Shown: positions 37,318 to 46,797 of the stretch, piece by piece | Position numbering within the stretch: position 1 is the first letter of the stretch | Layout: each line of letters starts with the position of its first letter | Source: Bacillota bacterium | Lineage (GTDB): Bacteria > Sysuimicrobiota > Sysuimicrobiia > Sysuimicrobiales > Segetimicrobiaceae | Direction: 5' to 3' | Length of the DNA stretch: 64,000 bases | Assembly (NCBI GenBank): GCA_021324255.1 | Contig: JAJPJL010000050.1 | Location: 2,836 to 66,835 of the forward strand | The notes under the pieces: generated by a model | The model's input: the letters and a program-made list of their open reading frames with translations, nothing else | What the model was told of the DNA's origin: nothing | Database searches by the model: none | Position numbers and translations under genes: made by a program

Positions 37318-38037
37318 ATGAATTCCGTCGGACAGGCGCCTGAGGAAGCGATCGGGACGTTCCCTGTGGGGCGCGCCGCGGCGGCGCCCGCACACGAGGA
37401 CGCCGGCGAATACGCGCTCAAGCGACCGGTGGAGTTCGTGCTGGCGCTGCTCGGCCTCATCGTGCTCCTGCCGGTGTGTCTCGTCGTGGCGTTTCTCGTG
37501 TGGATCGGCGATCGCGGTCCGGTGTTCATTCACCAGGTGCGCGTCGGCCGCTACGGCATCCCGTTTCGGGTGATCAAGTTCCGCACGATGTACGTGCACG
37601 TGCCGGGGCGCGTGCACCGCCAGGCCACGGTCAACGACAGCCGGATCACGCCCGTGGGCCGGCTGCTGCGGGCGGCGGCGCTCGACGAGATCCCGCAGCT
37701 GCTCAACATCCTGCGCGGCGACATGAGCTTCGTTGGGCCGCGCGCGCTCCTGCCGCAGGAGATCGAGGTCGACCCGCGCTCGCGCCGGTATCACCGGATC
37801 GAGGAGGTTCCGAACTATCACGTGCGGATCTCGGTGCGGCCCGGGCTCACCGGGCTCGCCCAGGTCTATGCGCCGCGCGACATCAGCCGCCAGCGGAAGT
37901 TCAAGTACGACGCCCTCTACGTGCGCCGGATGAGCCTCGGCCTGGACCTGCGCCTCTTTGTCCTCTCGGTCGTTATCAGCCTCACCGGGCGGTGGCCGCG
38001 GCGCGGCCGGCCGGCATGGCACCGGATGGCCGGGTGA
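37318..38037 (+). CDS. Initiating phosphoglycosyltransferase (bacterial sugar transferase, WbaP/PglC C-terminal-domain type)
   Basis: A single re-entrant helix (FVLALLGLIVLLPVCLVVAFLVWI) is followed by RVGRYGIPFRVIKFRTM and AALDEIPQLLNILRGDMSFVGPRALLP, the catalytic DE and KFRTM blocks of monotopic PGTs. Confidence 0.8.
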   Translation: MNSVGQAPEEAIGTFPVGRAAAAPAHEDAGEYALKRPVEFVLALLGLIVLLPVCLVVAFLVWIGDRGPVFIHQVRVGRYGIPFRVIKFRTMYVHVPGRVHRQATVNDSRITPVGRLLRAAALDEIPQLLNILRGDMSFVGPRALLPQEIEVDPRSRRYHRIEEVPNYHVRISVRPGLTGLAQVYAPRDISRQRKFKYDALYVRRMSLGLDLRLFVLSVVISLTGRWPRRGRPAWHRMAG

Positions 38038-38981
38038 CCGGCGCCGCGGGCGACGGGACTCACGGCCTCCAGCATCCCGCGCGCGGCGGCGACGTCCCGC
38101 TCGCCGTCGTTATCCTCACGCACAACGAGGAAGCCAACCTCCCCACCGCGCTCGCGAGCGTGACCGGCTGGGCGGGCGAGGTCTGGGTCGTCGACTCGCA
38201 CAGCACGGACCGGACCGCCGCCGTCGCGCGCGCATGGGGCGCGGGCGTCGTGGCGCACGACTTCGGCGGATACGCCGCGCAGCGCACGTGGGCGCTCCGC
38301 ACGCTGCCGTTCCGCTGCGACTGGGTGCTGTTTTTGGACGCGGACGAGAGCGTGACGCCGGAGCTGCGGGACGAACTGCGCCGCCGGCTGGCGGCGCCGC
38401 CCGGGGATGTGGCCGGGTTTTACGTGAAGCGGCGATTCATCTTTTTGGGCCGCTGGCTGCGCCACGGCGGGTACTACCCGGTGTGGCTCCTGCGCGTGGT
38501 GCGGCACCGCGTCGCGCGCTGCGAGGAGCGCGGTGTGGACGAGCACCTGCTCGTCGACGGTCCCACGGAGCGGCTCGCGCATGACCTGCTGCACGAGGAC
38601 CGGCGGCCGCTCTCGCGCTGGGTCGAACGGCACACCCGCTACGCGCAGCTGGCGGCCGCGGACCTGGCCCGCGGCGCCGCGGCGGACGGCGTCGCCCCGA
38701 GGCTGCGCGGCGGCGAGCCGTCGGAGCGGTCGCGGTGGTGGTACGAGCGCGTGTACCGGCGCATGCCGCTCGGGCTGCGCGCGCTGGGGTACTTTACCTA
38801 CCGCTACCTGCTGCGCGGCGGGTTTCTCGACGGCCGGGAGGGTCTCATCTACTACGTGCTGCAGGCGCTCTGGTATCGGGTCCTGATCGACGCGTACGCG
38901 CTCGAGGCGCGCCGGGGAACGCCGGACCGCTCGCCCGGCCCGCGCGTGATCCCCCGGGCCGATTCCCCAGCGGAACGATGA
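38016..38981 (+). CDS. GT2 family glycosyltransferase
   Basis: LAVVILTHNEEANL...WVVDSHSTDRT...FLDADE carries the GT-A DxD. ATG 38016 overlaps the PGT 3' end. Confidence 0.75.
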   Translation: MAPDGRVTGAAGDGTHGLQHPARGGDVPLAVVILTHNEEANLPTALASVTGWAGEVWVVDSHSTDRTAAVARAWGAGVVAHDFGGYAAQRTWALRTLPFRCDWVLFLDADESVTPELRDELRRRLAAPPGDVAGFYVKRRFIFLGRWLRHGGYYPVWLLRVVRHRVARCEERGVDEHLLVDGPTERLAHDLLHEDRRPLSRWVERHTRYAQLAAADLARGAAADGVAPRLRGGEPSERSRWWYERVYRRMPLGLRALGYFTYRYLLRGGFLDGREGLIYYVLQALWYRVLIDAYALEARRGTPDRSPGPRVIPRADSPAER

Positions 38982-41143
38982 AGCAGGTGGTCCTGAGCCC
39001 CCGCACCGGCGTGCTCACCGTGGCCGACGTTCCCGTGCCGCGGGTCCGGCCGGGGACCGTGCTCGTGCACAACGCCGTCTCGATCGTGAGCGCCGGAACG
39101 GAGCGATCGGTGATCCGGCTGGCCGGGCAGAGCCTGCTCGGCAAGGCCCGGGCGCGGCCGGACCTCGTCCGCGAGGCGCTCAACAAGATGCGCCGGGACG
39201 GCCTCAGGGCCACGGTGCGGGAATCGTTCCGGCGGCTCGAGATGGCGCAGCCGCTCGGGTACAGCAGCGCCGGCACGGTGCTCGCGACCGGCGCGGGCGT
39301 CGACGCGATCGCCCCGGGCGACCGCGTCGCCTGCGCGGGCGCGGGGTTTGCGAACCACGCCGAGGTCGTGGTGGTGCCGCGGCAGTCGTGCGTGCCGCTC
39401 CCCCCCGCGGTCTCGATGGAGGCCGGCGCGTTTGCGATGCTCGGCGCGATCGCGCTGCACGGCGTGCGGCGCGCGTCTGCCGCGCTCGGCGAGACGGTGG
39501 CCGTGCTCGGGCTCGGCCTGCTCGGGCAGCTCACGGTCCAGCTGCTCCGGGCGGCCGGATGCCGCGTGGTGGCGTACGACCCGGCGCCGGCCCGCGCGGC
39601 GCTGGCGGCGGATCTGGGGGCCGACGCGGCGGTCACGGATCCCGCCGCGGCGTCCGCCGCGGTCCTGCGGCTGTCCGGCGGCATCGGCGCCGACGCGGTG
39701 ATCATCACGGCCTCGACCGCGGGAAACGCACCCATCGAGCTGGCCGCCGATCTCGCGCGCGCCCGCGGGACGGTGGTGATGGTGGGCGTCACCGGCATGG
39801 AGATCCCGCGGCGCGCCTTTTGGAAGAAGGAGCTCGCGTTCGTGCTCTCGCGGGCCTCCGGTCCGGGGGCGGAGGAGGCGGCGTACGAACGCCGCGGCGC
39901 CGAGTACCCGCCGGGCTACGTCCGGTGGACCGCCGGCCGGAACATGGCCGCGTTTGTCGCGGAGGTCGCGCGCGGCGCCGTGCGCACCGAGCCGCTCGTG
40001 ACCCACCGGTTTCCGATCGATCGCGCGCGCGATGCCTACGCGTTGATCCGGGGCGGCGCCCCGCACCTCGCGGTTGTGCTCACGTACCCGGAGGCGGCGC
40101 CCAAGGAGCGCACGGTGCCGCTGCCCCGCCCCCAGGCGGCGTCGGGCCCGGGTCTCGGGATCGGCGTGATCGGCAGCGGGCTCTTCGCGCAGACCGTGCT
40201 GCTCCCGGCCCTGCGGCAGATCCCCGGCCTGCGGTTCCGCGGGATCGCCGGCGCGTCGGGGCTGTCGGCCCGCAACGCCGCCGACCGTCTCGGCTTCGAG
40301 TTCTGCGCGACGGATGCGGATGCCGTCCTCGGGGACGGGCACGTGCAGGCGGTCGTGATCGCGACGCGCAACGATACGCACGCGTCGCTCGTGGAGGCCG
40401 CGCTCCGGGCCGGCAAGCACGTGTTCGTGGAAAAGCCGCTCGCGCTCTCGCCGGCCGAGCTCGGACGCGTGCTGGCGGCGTACGGCGCGTCGCCGCGCGT
40501 CGTTGTGGTAGGATTCAACCGCCGGTACTCCCCCATCGTGCGGCGGGTCAAGGCGTTCCTGGGCGACGAACACCCGCTGACGCTCGCCTACCACGTCAAC
40601 GCCGGCGCCGTCGAGGCCGAGCACTGGGTGCACGATCCCGTGGAGGGCGGCGGGCGCTGGCTCGGTGAGGGCGGCCACTTCGTCGATCTGCTCCAGTACC
40701 TTGCAGGCGCCGATCCCGTGGAGGTGTTTGCGCGCGCGAGCGCGCCCGAAGGAGCGCCGGGCGCGTCGTTCGTGGTGTCGCTGGCGTTTGGCGACGGCTC
40801 CGCCGGCACGATCGTGTACGCGGACGGCGCCGATCGCGCCGCGTGGCGGGAGCGCCTCGATGTCTTCGGCCGCGGCGTCGCCTGCACGCTCGAGGACTTC
40901 CGGCGCGTCACGTTCGCCCGCGGCGGGCGCGTGCGGCGGGTGACGCTCGCCGAGGCGGCCCGCGGGCATAAGGAAGAACTGGCCGCCTGGGTCGCCGCGG
41001 TGCGCGGACAAGCGCCTCCGCCGGTCGAGATGAGCGCCTACGCGGCCAACGCGGCGTGCTGCTTTGCGGTGCTCGAGTCCGCGCGTTCGGGGGCGCCGGT
41101 CGCGGTCGCGCCCCCGGGGGCGGAGCGGGAGCGAGGCGGGTGA
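38978..41143 (+). CDS. Fusion protein: zinc-type alcohol dehydrogenase (MDR) domain + Gfo/Idh/MocA oxidoreductase domain
   Basis: The N-terminal ~350 aa (MKQVVLSP...VHNAVSIVSAGTE...GLGLLGQLTVQLL) is MDR-fold. The C-terminal ~330 aa (LGIGVIGSGLFAQ...HVFVEKPLAL) is Gfo/Idh/MocA. Single continuous 721-aa frame. Confidence 0.75.
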   Translation: MKQVVLSPRTGVLTVADVPVPRVRPGTVLVHNAVSIVSAGTERSVIRLAGQSLLGKARARPDLVREALNKMRRDGLRATVRESFRRLEMAQPLGYSSAGTVLATGAGVDAIAPGDRVACAGAGFANHAEVVVVPRQSCVPLPPAVSMEAGAFAMLGAIALHGVRRASAALGETVAVLGLGLLGQLTVQLLRAAGCRVVAYDPAPARAALAADLGADAAVTDPAAASAAVLRLSGGIGADAVIITASTAGNAPIELAADLARARGTVVMVGVTGMEIPRRAFWKKELAFVLSRASGPGAEEAAYERRGAEYPPGYVRWTAGRNMAAFVAEVARGAVRTEPLVTHRFPIDRARDAYALIRGGAPHLAVVLTYPEAAPKERTVPLPRPQAASGPGLGIGVIGSGLFAQTVLLPALRQIPGLRFRGIAGASGLSARNAADRLGFEFCATDADAVLGDGHVQAVVIATRNDTHASLVEAALRAGKHVFVEKPLALSPAELGRVLAAYGASPRVVVVGFNRRYSPIVRRVKAFLGDEHPLTLAYHVNAGAVEAEHWVHDPVEGGGRWLGEGGHFVDLLQYLAGADPVEVFARASAPEGAPGASFVVSLAFGDGSAGTIVYADGADRAAWRERLDVFGRGVACTLEDFRRVTFARGGRVRRVTLAEAARGHKEELAAWVAAVRGQAPPPVEMSAYAANAACCFAVLESARSGAPVAVAPPGAERERGG

Positions 41144-41165
41144 ACACCGTGGGGAGGGAGCGGGC

Positions 41166-42161
41166 ATGACGGCAGAGCAAGGGTACGCCGGCCGCACCGT
41201 GCTGGTCACGGGCGGCGCCGGCTGCATCGGCAGTAACCTCGTCGCGGCGCTGGCCGCAGCCGGGGCGACGCGGGTCCAGGTCCTCGACGACCTGTCGTCG
41301 GCCAGCCGGTGGAACATCCCCGACCACCCGGCGGTGCGCTTCATCTACGGCAGCGTGCTCGATCCGGAAGTGCTGCGCGCGGCGTTCTCCGAACGGCCGG
41401 ACTGTGTGTTCCACCTCGCCGCGCTGTTCGCCAACCAAAACTCGGTCGATCATCCCGAGCGGGACCTCCAGGTCAACGGCCTGGGGACGCTCCGGGTGCT
41501 GGAGTTTGCGCAGCTCGCGGGCGTCCGCCGGTTCGTCTACGCCTCCTCCGGGTGCTCCGTGTACGGGAGCAAGGCGCCGCTGCCGCTCACCGAGGACTTT
41601 GTCTCGCTCGACCTCGACACGCCGTACCAGATCACGAAGCTGCTGGGCGAGCTCTACTGCAACTACTTCTCCAACTACTACAAGATGCCGATCGTCCGGA
41701 CGCGATTCTTCAACGTGTACGGCCCCGGCGAGATCCCCGGACGCTACCGGAACGTCATCCCGAACTTCCTGTACTGGGCGACGCGCAAACAGGCGCTGCC
41801 GATTACCGGCACGGGCGAGGAGACGCGCGACTTCACGTACGTGGGCGACGTCGTGCAGGGGCTGCTGGCGGCGGGGATCTCCGAGGCGGCGGTGGGCGAA
41901 GCGGTGAACCTCGCCTCCGGGCGTGAGGTCTCCGTCGCGACGCTCGCGACCCTCGTCAACGGCATCACCGACAACTCCGCGGGCGTCACGTACGTCGGGC
42001 GGCGCTCCTGGGACCACATCACGCGGCGGCGGGCGTCCGTGGAGAAGGCCCAGCGCCTGCTCGGGTATCAACCGCGGACGGACTTCGAGACGGGCGTGCG
42101 GCGCACGTGGGAGTGGTTTACGACGCACTGGGATCGAATCGCCGCCGACGCGCGTTTCTGA
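41166..42161 (+). CDS. NAD-dependent epimerase/dehydratase (UDP-glucuronate decarboxylase/UDP-sugar epimerase-like)
   Basis: VLVTGGAGCIGSNLV and YQITKLLGE (YxxxK). Length is ~331 aa. Confidence 0.8.
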   Translation: MTAEQGYAGRTVLVTGGAGCIGSNLVAALAAAGATRVQVLDDLSSASRWNIPDHPAVRFIYGSVLDPEVLRAAFSERPDCVFHLAALFANQNSVDHPERDLQVNGLGTLRVLEFAQLAGVRRFVYASSGCSVYGSKAPLPLTEDFVSLDLDTPYQITKLLGELYCNYFSNYYKMPIVRTRFFNVYGPGEIPGRYRNVIPNFLYWATRKQALPITGTGEETRDFTYVGDVVQGLLAAGISEAAVGEAVNLASGREVSVATLATLVNGITDNSAGVTYVGRRSWDHITRRRASVEKAQRLLGYQPRTDFETGVRRTWEWFTTHWDRIAADARF

Positions 42162-42177
42162 TGCGCCGGAGTCGCGC

Positions 42178-42891
42178 ATGAGGCACGCGATCGTCCTCGC
42201 CGGCGGCAAGGGCGAGCGGCTTCGCCCGTTCACCGAGGACCGGCCCAAGCCCATGGTGGAGATCATGGGCATCCCGATCCTCGGGTACCAGATGCAGTGG
42301 CTGGCCGGGCAGGGGATCACGGACGTCGTCATCTCCTGCGGCTACCGGCACGAGGTCATCGAGGCCTACTTCGGGCGGGGCGAGCGCCTCGGGCTCCGGA
42401 TCCGGTACTCCGTGGAGGACGAGCCGCTCGGCCGGGGCGGCGCGCTCAAGCTGGCGCTCGCCCAGGTGCCCCCGGGCGTCGATGCGGTCATCGCCACCAA
42501 CGGGGACATCATCACCAACCTGCGGCTCGGCCCGGTCGTGGCGGCCCACCTGGCACGGCGCCTCGTCGCCACCGTCGTGCTCACGCCGTTTGTCAGCCCG
42601 TACGGGATCGTGGACGTGGACGCCGATGATGCCGTGACGCAGTTCGTCGAGAAGCCGCGCCTGCCGTACTGGATCAACGCCGGCGTGTATGTGCTCTCGC
42701 CGTCGGTGCGCGACCGGCTCCCGGACCGGGGAGACCACGAGACGACGACGTTTCCCGAGATGGCGCGCGCGCGCGGGCTCGGCGCGTTTCGGTCCGAGGC
42801 GTACTGGCGGGGCGTCGACACGATCAAGGACGTGACCGAGGTTGGGGCGGAGCTCCAGAGCCGGTTGCTGAGCTTCTTTCGCGAGGGCTAG
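42178..42891 (+). CDS. Sugar-1-phosphate nucleotidyltransferase (short form)
   Basis: MRHAIVLAGGKGERLRPFTEDRPKPMV is the G-x-G-x-R-L nucleotide-binding loop. Length is ~237 aa. Confidence 0.75.
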   Translation: MRHAIVLAGGKGERLRPFTEDRPKPMVEIMGIPILGYQMQWLAGQGITDVVISCGYRHEVIEAYFGRGERLGLRIRYSVEDEPLGRGGALKLALAQVPPGVDAVIATNGDIITNLRLGPVVAAHLARRLVATVVLTPFVSPYGIVDVDADDAVTQFVEKPRLPYWINAGVYVLSPSVRDRLPDRGDHETTTFPEMARARGLGAFRSEAYWRGVDTIKDVTEVGAELQSRLLSFFREG

Positions 42892-43164
42892 CCGCGGCAT
42901 CGGCCTCGACCCCGCGGGCGGCGGTGGCCGCCTCCGGCCGAACGCCCGCGGTAGGTACGCGAACGGGCCGCCGTCCGGCATGCGCGGCGGGACCAACCGC
43001 GGGCACTGGCCGGGCGCCGGCGCGTGGAGCGGAGGCCCGGCGCGTCCGGCTCCCGCCATGGTCCACGTGGGCCGTGACGGCCGGCGTGATGCGCCGGCCG
43101 CTGGCGGGCGCAGGCGACCGAGCGGGACAAACGGGGTAAACACGATCCAAAAAGGACGTGCGGC

Positions 43165-44139
43165 ATGAACGCGATTATTCCGGTCGCCGGGCAGGGCAAG
43201 CGCCTCCGGCCGCACACGCACACGCAGCCCAAAGTCCTGATGAACGTCGCGGGCAAGGCGATCTTGGCGTACATCCTCGACGACCTGCGCGACCTCGGCG
43301 TGGACGAGATCGTCTTCGTGGTCGGGTACCTGGCGGAGAAGGTCGAGGAGTTCGTCAAGGAGCGCTACACGTTTCGGGCGCACTTTGTGCACCAGCCCGA
43401 GCCGATGGGCAACGGGCACGCGATCTACCTGGCGCGGGAGTATCTCACGGGCCCGACGCTCATCGTCTTCGGGGATACGATCGTGGAAGCGGATCTGCGC
43501 GCCGCGACGAGGCTCGGCCACTCCGCGATCGGCGTGAACCGCGTCAAGGACCCGCGCGCGTTCGGCGTCGTCGAGCTGGACGGCGACGGGTTCGTGCGGC
43601 ATCTGTGGGAAAAGCCGGCGACGCCGCCGAGCGACCTCGCGGTCGTCGGCGTGTACATGGTCCAGCGGCCCGGGCCGTTTCGCGCGGCGCTCGAGCGGCT
43701 CGTCGACGAGCGGCACATCGTGCGCGGCGAGTACTGGCTCGCCGACGCCCTGCAGCTCATGGTGGACGGCGGCGAGCGCCTCGGGACCTTCCCGGTCGCC
43801 GGGTGGTACGACTGCGGCACCTCGGCGGCGCTGCTCCGGGCCAACCACGCGCTGCTCCAGCGGACCCCGGGCCCGGCGGCCGTGCCGGGCTCGGTCATCA
43901 TCCCGCCGTCGTTCATCGCGGAGACGGCGGTCATCGAGGGGTCCGTGGTCGGGCCGTACGTGACCGTCGCGGAGGGGGCGCGCGTCACGCATGCCGTGAT
44001 CCAGCAGAGCATTATCAACGCGCACGCCCGGGTGGAGCGCGTCCTGCTGGACCACTCCATCATCGGCGAGCGCGCCACGGTGACCGGGCGGCTCGGCCGC
44101 ATCAACCTCGGCGATAGCTCGGAAGTCGAGTTGTCCTGA
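43165..44139 (+). CDS. Sugar-1-phosphate nucleotidyltransferase with C-terminal left-handed beta-helix domain
   Basis: MNAIIPVAGQGKRLRPHT is the N-terminal NTP-transferase fold. The C-terminal third has hexapeptide repeats (VIEGSVVGPYVTVAEGARVTHAVIQQSIIN). Confidence 0.75.
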   Translation: MNAIIPVAGQGKRLRPHTHTQPKVLMNVAGKAILAYILDDLRDLGVDEIVFVVGYLAEKVEEFVKERYTFRAHFVHQPEPMGNGHAIYLAREYLTGPTLIVFGDTIVEADLRAATRLGHSAIGVNRVKDPRAFGVVELDGDGFVRHLWEKPATPPSDLAVVGVYMVQRPGPFRAALERLVDERHIVRGEYWLADALQLMVDGGERLGTFPVAGWYDCGTSAALLRANHALLQRTPGPAAVPGSVIIPPSFIAETAVIEGSVVGPYVTVAEGARVTHAVIQQSIINAHARVERVLLDHSIIGERATVTGRLGRINLGDSSEVELS

Positions 44140-44764
44140 GGCCGGCCGGGGCACGGCGCGCCATCATGCGCGCGGCCTCGACGGCGGCCCACCCGAGGCA
44201 GAGGCCCCCGAGCACGTCGCTCGTCCAGTGATCGCCGAGATACACGAGCGACGCCATCATCGCGCCGAGCGCCGCCACGGCGATCAGCGGCGTGCGGCGC
44301 AGCGCGGTTCCCGCGAGGAACGTCGTCCGCAGCGTGTGTCCCGACGGGAAGCTGTACGGCTCCGCGATGCTGATGCCCATGCGGAAGACGTGCCGCTGCA
44401 GCGCGTCGGGCGGCCCCGGATGCGGCAGGAGGTGCTTCAGGCCGGCGGCAATCACGCTCACCGCGGCGAGCCCCAGGGCGATCCTGAACGCGGCCCGGGC
44501 GCACCGGGGCTCCCGGCGGACGAGGATCAACCCGGCCACCACCGCGCCCGTGATCAGGACCTCGGCGTCTCCCGCGAACACGTACAGGGACGCGGGGAGA
44601 TCGGGGACCGGGGCGGCCCGCTGCAGCCACACGGTGACGGCGACATCGTAGCGGTGGCCGGCGTTGTGGGCGGCGCCGGCGGCGACCACGAGGAACAACA
44701 CGAGCGCCCCGAGGAGGCGAACGGGAGAAGCACGCATAGGCTGCTGTATTTCGGACGGGATCAT
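44102..44764 (-). CDS. PAP2-family phosphatase (undecaprenyl-diphosphate / lipid phosphate phosphatase-like)
   Basis: The three PAP2 motifs are present: KHLLPHPGPP (KxxxxxxRP-like), SFPSGHT (PSGH), and GDHWTSDVLGG (SRxxxxxHxxxD-like), across 5-6 TM helices. ATG 44764. Confidence 0.7.
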   Translation of the reverse strand: MIPSEIQQPMRASPVRLLGALVLFLVVAAGAAHNAGHRYDVAVTVWLQRAAPVPDLPASLYVFAGDAEVLITGAVVAGLILVRREPRCARAAFRIALGLAAVSVIAAGLKHLLPHPGPPDALQRHVFRMGISIAEPYSFPSGHTLRTTFLAGTALRRTPLIAVAALGAMMASLVYLGDHWTSDVLGGLCLGWAAVEAARMMARRAPAGLRTTRLPSYRRG

Positions 44765-44837
44765 CGCTTTCCCGCGAGGGCGGGCCGCGTCCGGCCGGGG
44801 CAAGGAACGAACGGGGCGGCCGAGAATGGGCGCATAG

Positions 44838-46160
44838 GTGGTGATGGCCCGGGCGTTGGACGGGGAGGCGCCTATGTGGAACAAGGGACTGGCCTCGCTT
44901 GGACTGCTCCTGCTTGCCGTCGTGGTGTACGCGGCGGTCCCGACCCACGGACAAAACAGCGGGCCGCCGGGCCGGCCGGCGGTCCCGTTGCCCGAGGGCG
45001 AGGGCAAAGCGACCGTGCAGGCGGCGTGCGGGATCTGCCACTCGCTCAGGCAGGTGACGAACGCGGGCTACGACCGCGCCGAGTGGGACACGGTGCTGCA
45101 CATGATGCTCAACGTGGGCGCGCCGCTGCCGCCCGGCAAGTTCGATACGGTGCTGAATTATCTGGCCGCGAAGTTTCCTCCCAAGCCCGCGCCCGCGGCG
45201 AAGCTCATCCCCGGCCCCGCGCGCGTCACGATCACCGAATGGGTGGTGCCCACGCCCGGCTCGCGGCCGCACGATCCGATGTACGCGCCGGACGGGTCGG
45301 TGTGGTATTCGGGCCAGATGGCGAACGTGCTGGGGCGGTTCGATCCCCGCACGCAGACGTTCAAGGAGTACACGCTCCCGCCGAGGTCGGGGCCGCACGG
45401 GTTGATCGCCGACAAGGACGGCAACGTGTGGTATACGGCGAATTTCGCCGGGTACATCGGCAAGCTCGATCCCAGGACCGGCGTGGTCACGAAGTATCCG
45501 ATGCCGGACCCCCGGGCCCGCGACCCGCATACGCTGCTGTTTGACGGGCCCGACCGTATCTTTTTCACGGTGCAGGGCGGGAACATGGTGGGGCGGCTGG
45601 ACGTGCGGACCGGCGACATCAAGCTCGTGACGTCGCCAACGCCGCGGTCCAATCCGTACGGCATGGTGATCACCTCCAAGGGCGTTCCGTATTTCGCGGA
45701 GTTCGGCTCGAACAAGATCGCCAGCATCGACCCCCGGACGCTCGCGATTCACGAATACGTGCTGCCGCATGCGGCGAGCCGGCCGCGGCGCGTGGCGATT
45801 ACCCCGGACGACGTGATCTACTACTCCGATTACGCGCGCGGATATCTGGGGCGGTTCGATACCAAGACCGGCGCGATGACCGAGTGGCCGTCGCCGGGCG
45901 GGCCACGGTCCGAACCCTATGGGATCACGATTGTAAACGGCATCGTGTGGTACAGCGAGTCGAACACGAGGCCGAACACCATCGTCCGGTTCGACCCGCG
46001 CACGCAGCGATTCCAGACGTGGGCCATTCCGTCGGGCGGCGGCGTGGTGCGGAACATGGTGCACACGCCGGACGGCAGCGCGCTCTGGATTGCGTGTAGC
46101 GGCATGAATCGCATCGGCGAAGTGCGGATTGCCGGGGCGAGCCTCACGCCCAAGCACTGA
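44838..46160 (+). CDS. Secreted protein: N-terminal mono-haem c-type cytochrome domain fused to a Vgb/NHL-like beta-propeller
   Basis: A signal-peptide-like segment ([16 protein letters not shown]) precedes a CxxCH haem motif (AACGICHSL) with a downstream Met-rich segment (VLHMMLNV). It is followed by about seven repeats of the G-x-V-W-Y / I-x-R-F-D-P type typical of virginiamycin-B-lyase/SMP-30-like propellers. Confidence 0.6.
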   Translation: MVMARALDGEAPMWNKGLASLGLLLLAVVVYAAVPTHGQNSGPPGRPAVPLPEGEGKATVQAACGICHSLRQVTNAGYDRAEWDTVLHMMLNVGAPLPPGKFDTVLNYLAAKFPPKPAPAAKLIPGPARVTITEWVVPTPGSRPHDPMYAPDGSVWYSGQMANVLGRFDPRTQTFKEYTLPPRSGPHGLIADKDGNVWYTANFAGYIGKLDPRTGVVTKYPMPDPRARDPHTLLFDGPDRIFFTVQGGNMVGRLDVRTGDIKLVTSPTPRSNPYGMVITSKGVPYFAEFGSNKIASIDPRTLAIHEYVLPHAASRPRRVAITPDDVIYYSDYARGYLGRFDTKTGAMTEWPSPGGPRSEPYGITIVNGIVWYSESNTRPNTIVRFDPRTQRFQTWAIPSGGGVVRNMVHTPDGSALWIACSGMNRIGEVRIAGASLTPKH

Positions 46161-46243
46161 GCGCGCCGCCTCACCGGCGGGTCGAGGCGCCGGGCCGCCG
46201 GCCTGCCGCATGAGTTTCGGGGGCGGTGGAGGCAGCGCAGCGT

Positions 46244-46273
46244 TTGACGGTCGAAAAAGCCGCGTGGTACAAT
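46244..46273 (+). promoter_or_regulatory. Sigma-A type promoter for rplM-rpsI (TTGACG -35, 18-nt spacer, TGgTACAAT extended -10)
   Basis: Read from the sequence: TTGACG at 46244-46249, TG at 46265-46266, TACAAT at 46268-46273. The RBS GAGGGGGA precedes ATG 46324. Confidence 0.45.
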
Positions 46274-46323
46274 CCGCCTGCTGTCCCCGCGCGGAAGCGC
46301 CGCGGGTTCCTGAGGGGGATTTG

Positions 46324-46797
46324 ATGCGGACGATCGTGGCAAAGCCGGGCGAGCACGCGCGGTGGTACGTCGTGGACGCGAAGGGGCAGGTGCTGGGCCG
46401 CCTCGCGAGCCGCGTGGCCTCGGTGCTGCGCGGCAAGACGCGTCCGACGTACACGCCGTCCGTGAGCGGCGACTACGTGGTCGTGGTCAACGCCGACAAG
46501 ATCCGCCTCACCGGCCGCAAAGCGGTGCAAAAGATGTACTACCGTCACTCGGGGTACCCCGGCGGGCTCCGCGCCACCCCCGCGGGGAAGATGCTGCAGC
46601 GCCACCCCGAGACCGTGCTCCGGGAAGCGGTGCGGGGCATGCTGCCCAAGACGGCGCTCGGGCGGGCATGCCTGCGCAAGCTGCGCGTGTATCGCGGGGA
46701 TGCGCACCGGCACGCCGCGCAGCAGCCGATCGCGCTCGACTTGGCCGGCCGGGGGGCGCCGGCCGGCGCGAGCCAGACGAAGGGACGTGAGCCGTGA
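46324..46797 (+). CDS. rplM: 50S ribosomal protein L13
   Basis: [45 protein letters not shown] is the canonical L13 N-terminus. Confidence 0.9.
   Translation: MRTIVAKPGEHARWYVVDAKGQVLGRLASRVASVLRGKTRPTYTPSVSGDYVVVVNADKIRLTGRKAVQKMYYRHSGYPGGLRATPAGKMLQRHPETVLREAVRGMLPKTALGRACLRKLRVYRGDAHRHAAQQPIALDLAGRGAPAGASQTKGREP

Noticed and set aside
38852-41344. 830-aa minus-strand ORF opposite the ADH-GFO fusion gene
   Set aside because: It is antisense to a two-domain oxidoreductase with clear Rossmann motifs. It has no features.
43425-46454. 1009-aa minus-strand ORF spanning the nucleotidyltransferase, PAP2 and cytochrome-propeller genes
   Set aside because: It crosses genes of both orientations, including the real minus-strand PAP2 in another frame. 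It is low-complexity Arg/Pro/Gly. It is a GC artefact.
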